From a bacterium (GTDB lineage: Bacteria > Hydrothermota > 32-111): 30,105 nucleotides of DNA. The stretch's first letter is position 1. Each line of letters begins with the position of its first letter. Position numbers and translations under genes: made by a program. The notes under the pieces are model-generated. The model did no database searches. It saw nothing but the letters and a program-made list of their open reading frames with translations, and was not told where the DNA came from. The stretch lies in the NCBI GenBank assembly GCA_050239825.1, contig JBFXGO010000033.1:1-30105 (forward strand), read 5' to 3'. Shown in pieces: positions 26,036 to 30,105 of the stretch.

Positions 26036-26741
26036 AGGCATAAGCTACAGAAACGAGAGGCATCTTTGGGAGCACGGCATCAAGACCTGGTGGGATGTGA
26101 TTGACAGAAGTCAGCATCTTCCCTTCTCCGAAGAGAAAAACTTTCTTCTCTCCGAGGAGGTTAGAAAGTCTGTCCGTGAATTCATGAAAGACAATATATT
26201 ATATTTCAGCGGCAGGCTTCCCCACAAGGAATGGTGGAGATTTTTGGGGCATTACAAAAAAGAGATAGGCTATGTTGATATCGAGACAAACATGCAGGGA
26301 ATAATCACGATTGTGGGACTCTATATAGGCGGAAGATTCTTTTATTTCAAAGCAGGGGATGATACTCTTATTCTTGAAAAGATGATGTCGCTTCCCAAAA
26401 TACTTGTCTCTTTTAACGGCACCGCATTTGATATTCCGAAGATAAAGGCAGAGTATCCGCATGTGGAATTGCCTGAAATCCATTTTGACCTTCTAAAAGT
26501 GACAAAATCAGTGGGATGGTATGGAGGGCTCAAAAAAATAGAGGAGAGCCTTCATATAAAGAGGCCTGACAATGTGAGGCACATGAACGGCTATAATGCA
26601 ATACTTCTCTGGGACCAATACAGAAACGGGTCTCAGGAGGCATTGAAGACTCTTCTTGACTATAATAAGTATGATGTGCTGAATCTTGAAATACTATTGG
26701 ACATGTTCATAAAAGAGAAAAAATTCCTCACCCTATCTTAA
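26007..26741 (+). CDS. YprB-like RNase H-fold exonuclease
   Basis: TFIHIEGI...LWEHGI..W, YVDIET, SFNG.AFDIP, HFDL, GGLKKIE, YNKYDV; GGAG SD before ATG 26007. Confidence 0.85.
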   Translation: MLTSTFIHIEGISYRNERHLWEHGIKTWWDVIDRSQHLPFSEEKNFLLSEEVRKSVREFMKDNILYFSGRLPHKEWWRFLGHYKKEIGYVDIETNMQGIITIVGLYIGGRFFYFKAGDDTLILEKMMSLPKILVSFNGTAFDIPKIKAEYPHVELPEIHFDLLKVTKSVGWYGGLKKIEESLHIKRPDNVRHMNGYNAILLWDQYRNGSQEALKTLLDYNKYDVLNLEILLDMFIKEKKFLTLS

Positions 26742-27401
26742 AAAAAACTTTTTAAATCCTTTCTTATTCTTCTCTTCCTCTTTCTCATCATTCTTTATAA
26801 TCTCTTCTTCCTTTATCTGTTTGTCAAGGTCGCTTAAAAGGTCGGTCAACTGCTGTTCCTTTTCCTCGACAGTCACAAGTCCGCTCGAAATAAGACCGTA
26901 AAAAACCTTTGCCGTCTGAAACTCCGACTGATTCACTCTCTTTGCAATATCTTTTATTGTAGATTGGTTGTCGACAAAAGTGAGTATTTTCCACTCTTCT
27001 GATGTGAGTTTGATGTTTTCAGTGTCTGTCTCCGGATTCTCGACAATCTTGACGAGTAGGTCAAGAGATGGTATCAGCTTCTCAATCTGCTTCCATTCAT
27101 CAATGCTCCTTGCGGCTTCAAGCATCAGATGCTGTATTGGAAGGTTTATGGTCTTTCTTTCGCTGTTTATATCGGGAGAAAATTTGAATGTGCCGTCAGA
27201 GAGCATCAAGATTTTATGAATTGCGTTTTCTCCGGTTCTGTCGGATGTTTCTGCATGTGTGACTGCTCCGTTTTCAAAATATATTCTTCCGAAATCGTCG
27301 GCTCCCTTTATCTCAAGACAGCCGTCCTTCTTGTTCATGTTGATAAGCTGAAGTATGTCGGTGATTTCAAAATCTTTTAAACTGCCCTGAAGTCCGCTCA
27401 A
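26733..27401 (-). CDS. DUF4388 (PatA-N-like) domain protein with probable winged helix
   Basis: LQGSLKDFEITDILQLI...G.L...GRIYFENGAVTHA...GTFKF...LMLEAARSIDEW; LTSEEWKIL; TTG start with GGAGGA SD. Confidence 0.85.
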   Translation of the reverse strand: MSGLQGSLKDFEITDILQLINMNKKDGCLEIKGADDFGRIYFENGAVTHAETSDRTGENAIHKILMLSDGTFKFSPDINSERKTINLPIQHLMLEAARSIDEWKQIEKLIPSLDLLVKIVENPETDTENIKLTSEEWKILTFVDNQSTIKDIAKRVNQSEFQTAKVFYGLISSGLVTVEEKEQQLTDLLSDLDKQIKEEEIIKNDEKEEEKNKKGFKKFFLR

Positions 27402-27412
27402 TCTGTCCTCCG

Positions 27413-28345
27413 TTAGAACATATAAGTTAAACTTATAGAATTATCTTTTCCAAGATTGTATGTATATGGAGAAAATGCATAATCAATCCTGAGTTTTTCT
27501 GTCTTCATTCCCACACCGAGAGAGAAAAATCTTGTCGGGTCATTGAAAACATAGCCGCCTCTAATAGTGAAATTTCCGAGTATTTCAAATTCATCGGAAA
27601 ATGACAATTTATATTTCTGGTCATTGACCTTTATGAAATCAGCCATTACTGTCGTATTCATATTATCTGAAATTTTAATATACTCCCTGACTCCTGCCCG
27701 GAGAGTAAAAGGCGGGATTATGTAATCAATGTCGCCTTCATCATAGCGCACTCTTCCACCCATATTCAAGAGAGAGACTCCCACAGAGAATCCCTTTACT
27801 TTTTCAAAGTCCATGAGAAGTCCTGCTCCTCCCACAAATGCGGTCTTCGAAAGGTCGTATGAAATCTCGGAGATTGATCTTCCCAAAAGTCCGATATAGA
27901 TTCCATTCACAATCTCTTTTGAATATGCAATACCCACTGAGAAAGAGGAGAATCTGTAAAGACCTAAATGGTCGCTGGTGGGGAATTCATTTCTGAGAGG
28001 AATTGTATCGGAAGATGAATATCCTGTGGAGATTGACAAAACACCGCTTAAAAGAGGCATCTGTATGCTGACAAATGATATATTAAGAGCGGATAATGAG
28101 TATCTGTATGAGAATGCGGCGCTCTTTTCAGTCATGAATGCAGGAGCGGCCGGATTGATGAGAAAGTTTGAAGGGCTTTCATATCCTGCTGTTCCCGCGT
28201 CCCCCAATGAAATAGAGACAGGGTCAGGTGCAGTCTTTAAAAAGGAGAAGCCGACATTTATGGATTGAGCATTAAAAAACTCATCCAATGTCAGAGAGTG
28301 GATTGATACATATATAAAAATAAATAAGATAAACAATCTTTTCAT
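27413..28345 (-). CDS. PorV/PorQ-family (UPF0164-like) outer-membrane beta-barrel
   Basis: Signal peptide; GFSFLK...ISLGDAGTA...NPA; alternating beta-strand pattern; RIDYAF; C-terminal SLTYMF. Confidence 0.75.
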   Translation of the reverse strand: MKRLFILFIFIYVSIHSLTLDEFFNAQSINVGFSFLKTAPDPVSISLGDAGTAGYESPSNFLINPAAPAFMTEKSAAFSYRYSLSALNISFVSIQMPLLSGVLSISTGYSSSDTIPLRNEFPTSDHLGLYRFSSFSVGIAYSKEIVNGIYIGLLGRSISEISYDLSKTAFVGGAGLLMDFEKVKGFSVGVSLLNMGGRVRYDEGDIDYIIPPFTLRAGVREYIKISDNMNTTVMADFIKVNDQKYKLSFSDEFEILGNFTIRGGYVFNDPTRFFSLGVGMKTEKLRIDYAFSPYTYNLGKDNSISLTYMF

Positions 28346-28353
28346 AACTTCTT

Positions 28354-28381
28354 ATATTAACGCATATAATATCTTTGTCAA
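28354..28381 (-). promoter_or_regulatory. sigma70 promoter for the porV-like/DUF4388 pair (leaderless-like)
   Basis: Minus strand: TTGACA (28381-28376), 16-nt spacer, TAATAT (28359-28354); ATG at 28345; no clear SD. Confidence 0.55.
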
Positions 28382-28402
28382 GAGTATTATATATTATGGA
28401 GA

Positions 28403-29164
28403 TTAGTCTTTGAAATTGACATTCAGAAGGATTTCTGTGTCCGAAGAATTGTTAGAATTCATATCTTTAGGTCTGCCTTCATGATTCTGCATTCCTCCCT
28501 CTTTGGGAGGCATCGTGCCCTGCTGAATGGGTTTGCCCTTGTTTTCAAAACCATCTCCGCCTCCGGGCTGTTCCGGCCTCGTATTTCCATTTGGTTTGCC
28601 GGATGATTTTGATACAAAGAGAAATGAGACTGCCTTGTCCGTTTCTGTTCTGACAAAAGGCAGTTGAATCTCAATGTCCAATATGGATTTGTTGCTTGTG
28701 TGGCGCATAAACGCTTTTACTTTATTTTTTAATGATAGGGGAAAATCCGAAGAGACAGTGAGTTCTTTCGGTTCTTCATTTATAGAGAATTCATTTAAGG
28801 AATCAGCATCCATTGGAGGAGTTGGTGAAAACTTATCAAAAGGAATGGGAGGAAGAATGCTGATTTCGGATTTTCCCCTCTTTGTATTGAAGGAGACTGT
28901 CATACCCGATCTTTCTATATTCATATAATCTTTTCTGTCTGTTATTCTGACACACAAAACTATTGATGAATCATCATACTGTGAAGCAAAATAGTAATTG
29001 CACTTGTCCGCTCCTATAAAATCAATATTCTGCCAGTCTGTCAAATATCCGTCAACATTAAAACTATCGGATTTTGTGCTGTCTATCTTTATCTCCTGCC
29101 TGCATGAGGAAAATAAAAGCATAATCAATAAAAACGAAAAAGCCGGAGTAAAATACTTCTTCAT
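28403..29164 (-). CDS. hypothetical lipoprotein with a CBM9/DOMON-like start motif and a Gly/Pro-rich low-complexity segment
   Basis: Lipobox FSSC; VDGYLTDW; PEQPGGGDG...MPPKEGGM; SD AAGGAG. Confidence 0.65.
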   Translation of the reverse strand: MKKYFTPAFSFLLIMLLFSSCRQEIKIDSTKSDSFNVDGYLTDWQNIDFIGADKCNYYFASQYDDSSIVLCVRITDRKDYMNIERSGMTVSFNTKRGKSEISILPPIPFDKFSPTPPMDADSLNEFSINEEPKELTVSSDFPLSLKNKVKAFMRHTSNKSILDIEIQLPFVRTETDKAVSFLFVSKSSGKPNGNTRPEQPGGGDGFENKGKPIQQGTMPPKEGGMQNHEGRPKDMNSNNSSDTEILLNVNFKD

Positions 29165-29242
29165 TGATTCTCCTTTAACTGTTTAGACGCAGAAAAATAT
29201 ACTTTCCCTCGCAATTAGTTAGAATGATGTCTTTTTTGTATA

Positions 29243-29270
29243 TTGACTTACATCAAAAATGATGTATCAT
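29243..29270 (+). promoter_or_regulatory. higBA promoter with palindromic operator
   Basis: TTGACT 29243-29248, 16-nt spacer, TATCAT 29265-29270; perfect inverted repeat TACATCA-AAAA-TGATGTA 29249-29266. Confidence 0.7.
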
Positions 29271-29277
29271 GATGGTT

Positions 29278-29664
29278 ATGAAGAAAAAATGGGTAATACT
29301 ATATTTTGAAGACAAAAACAGAATATGTGATATTGATTGTTTTTTAGACGGCCTGAAAGAGAAGGAGAGAGCAAAAGCGATTGCGTGGATTGACAAGCTT
29401 GGAGAAGAGGGAAATGAACTGAAGAGACCATTTGCAGATTATCTGCAGAAAGGCATTTATGAGTTGAGGATATCTTTAAACCAAAAGAATGTAAGAATTC
29501 TGTATTTCTTTGTCTTTAAGAATTTTATAATACTAAGCCATGTTTTTAGGAAAAATACAAAAAGAGTGCCTGAAAAGGAAATTGCGAGAGCTATTTTAAA
29601 TAAAGCTAAATTCTTGTCGGAACAAACAGAGACAGAAATAAGGAGAAAATATGAAGAGTCATAA
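29278..29664 (+). CDS. RelE/ParE-superfamily toxin (HigB/Gp49-like)
   Basis: FLDGL...L.E.G..LKRPFADYL..GIYELR...RILYFF...ILSHVFRKNTKRVP.KEI; toxin-first order; start could also be 29269 or 29272. Confidence 0.87.
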   Translation: MKKKWVILYFEDKNRICDIDCFLDGLKEKERAKAIAWIDKLGEEGNELKRPFADYLQKGIYELRISLNQKNVRILYFFVFKNFIILSHVFRKNTKRVPEKEIARAILNKAKFLSEQTETEIRRKYEES

Positions 29665-29950
29665 TGACAGAGTGAAGAAGGAGATGAAGAGCAAAACATT
29701 CTGCAAAGAGTATGAAATAGAGAAGAGAAGAGTTGAGATAGCCTGCAGAATAGCAGAATTAAGGGAAAAGAAGGATTTGACACAGGCTGAACTTGCAAGA
29801 AAAGCGCATATCACACAACAACAGCTCTCAAAGATTGAGAATGCAAAAAATTGCAATATTGATTTGCTGTTCAAGGTGTGCATAGCGCTTGATACAAATC
29901 TTGAAATGGTATCGGAAGATGGAAGATGGGGACGGTGCTTGACATCTTGA
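29651..29950 (+). CDS. Xre-HTH antitoxin (HigA-like)
   Basis: IAELREKKDLTQAELARKAHITQQQLSKIEN; SD AGGAG; overlaps the toxin 3' end. Confidence 0.87.
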   Translation: MKSHNDRVKKEMKSKTFCKEYEIEKRRVEIACRIAELREKKDLTQAELARKAHITQQQLSKIENAKNCNIDLLFKVCIALDTNLEMVSEDGRWGRCLTS

Positions 29951-29953
29951 CAT
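29914..29953 (+). repeat. short tandem-repeat cassette at the left flank of the RAYT-like gene (candidate REP or element end)
   Basis: GGAAGAT x2 (29914-29927), GGGGACGGTG, CTTGACAT x2 (29938-29953). Confidence 0.45.
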
Positions 29954-29975
29954 TTTCAGAAGAAAGTAGTATAAA
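29947..29975 (+). promoter_or_regulatory. sigma70 promoter of the transposase (leaderless-like)
   Basis: TTGACA 29947-29952, 17-nt spacer, TATAAA 29970-29975; ATG 29982. Confidence 0.7.
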
Positions 29976-29981
29976 AAGGGT

Positions 29982-30105
29982 ATGAGAAGGGCACGAATAA
30001 AATATGAAGGTTCATACCATCATGTTATGAACAGGGGTCTTAACCGAGAGAATGTTTTTCCTAATATAAAAGCGAAGCAGCATTTCATAGAATTACTGAA
30101 GGAGC
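29982..30105 (+). mobile_element. 5' part of a REP-associated tyrosine (Y1/HUH, IS200-like) transposase, truncated by the window edge
   Basis: Not in the ORF track. Translates MRRARIKYEGSYHHVMNRGLNRENVFPNIKAKQHFIELLKE, matching the RAYT N-terminal pattern R..R....G..YHV..RG..R..IF. Confidence 0.8.

Noticed and set aside
1..30105. tRNA, rRNA, riboswitch, prophage, integron or known anti-phage gene cluster
   Set aside because: Intergenic spaces are short and I saw no such signatures by eye; a covariance-model or DefenseFinder search was not possible

Overview
A gene-dense, moderately AT-rich bacterial chromosomal segment, mostly housekeeping. A T9SS-type C-terminal sorting tail, a PorV-family barrel, a KLSTS-type MetRS and IorAB suggest an anaerobic diderm of, or near, the FCB group (e.g. 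TA06/WOR-3-like); this is an inference. Gene order: DEAD-box helicase, DUF2007, DUF72, lipoprotein transpeptidase, RqcH/NFACT, DUF2207; a tripartite HipBST-type toxin-antitoxin locus with four operator-like repeats; iorAB and a glycosyltransferase; on the minus strand a TPR-like protein, DUF2769 and a clostripain-like protease with a sorting tail; an ~11.3-kb tightly coupled run (Smr, pilin-like lipoprotein, gyrA, moxR, envC-like, holB, ricT, metG, tatD, rsmA, yprB-like); on the minus strand DUF4388, PorV-family and a lipoprotein; a HigBA-type TA pair; and the truncated start of a RAYT/Y1 transposase at the right edge. I saw no rRNA, tRNA or CRISPR array, and no large, clearly novel multi-gene system. 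The best signals are: five genes with a sigma70 -10 box 6-8 nt before an ATG and no Shine-Dalgarno (leaderless-like); a native-looking Leu83 in GyrA; a Q-to-R change in the HipT Gly-rich loop; a RAYT-linked repeat cassette that overprints the HigA C-terminus; T9SS-like cargo plus PorV; and a lipoprotein carrying a pseudopilin-like head. All family calls come from motif recognition by eye, not from database searches.
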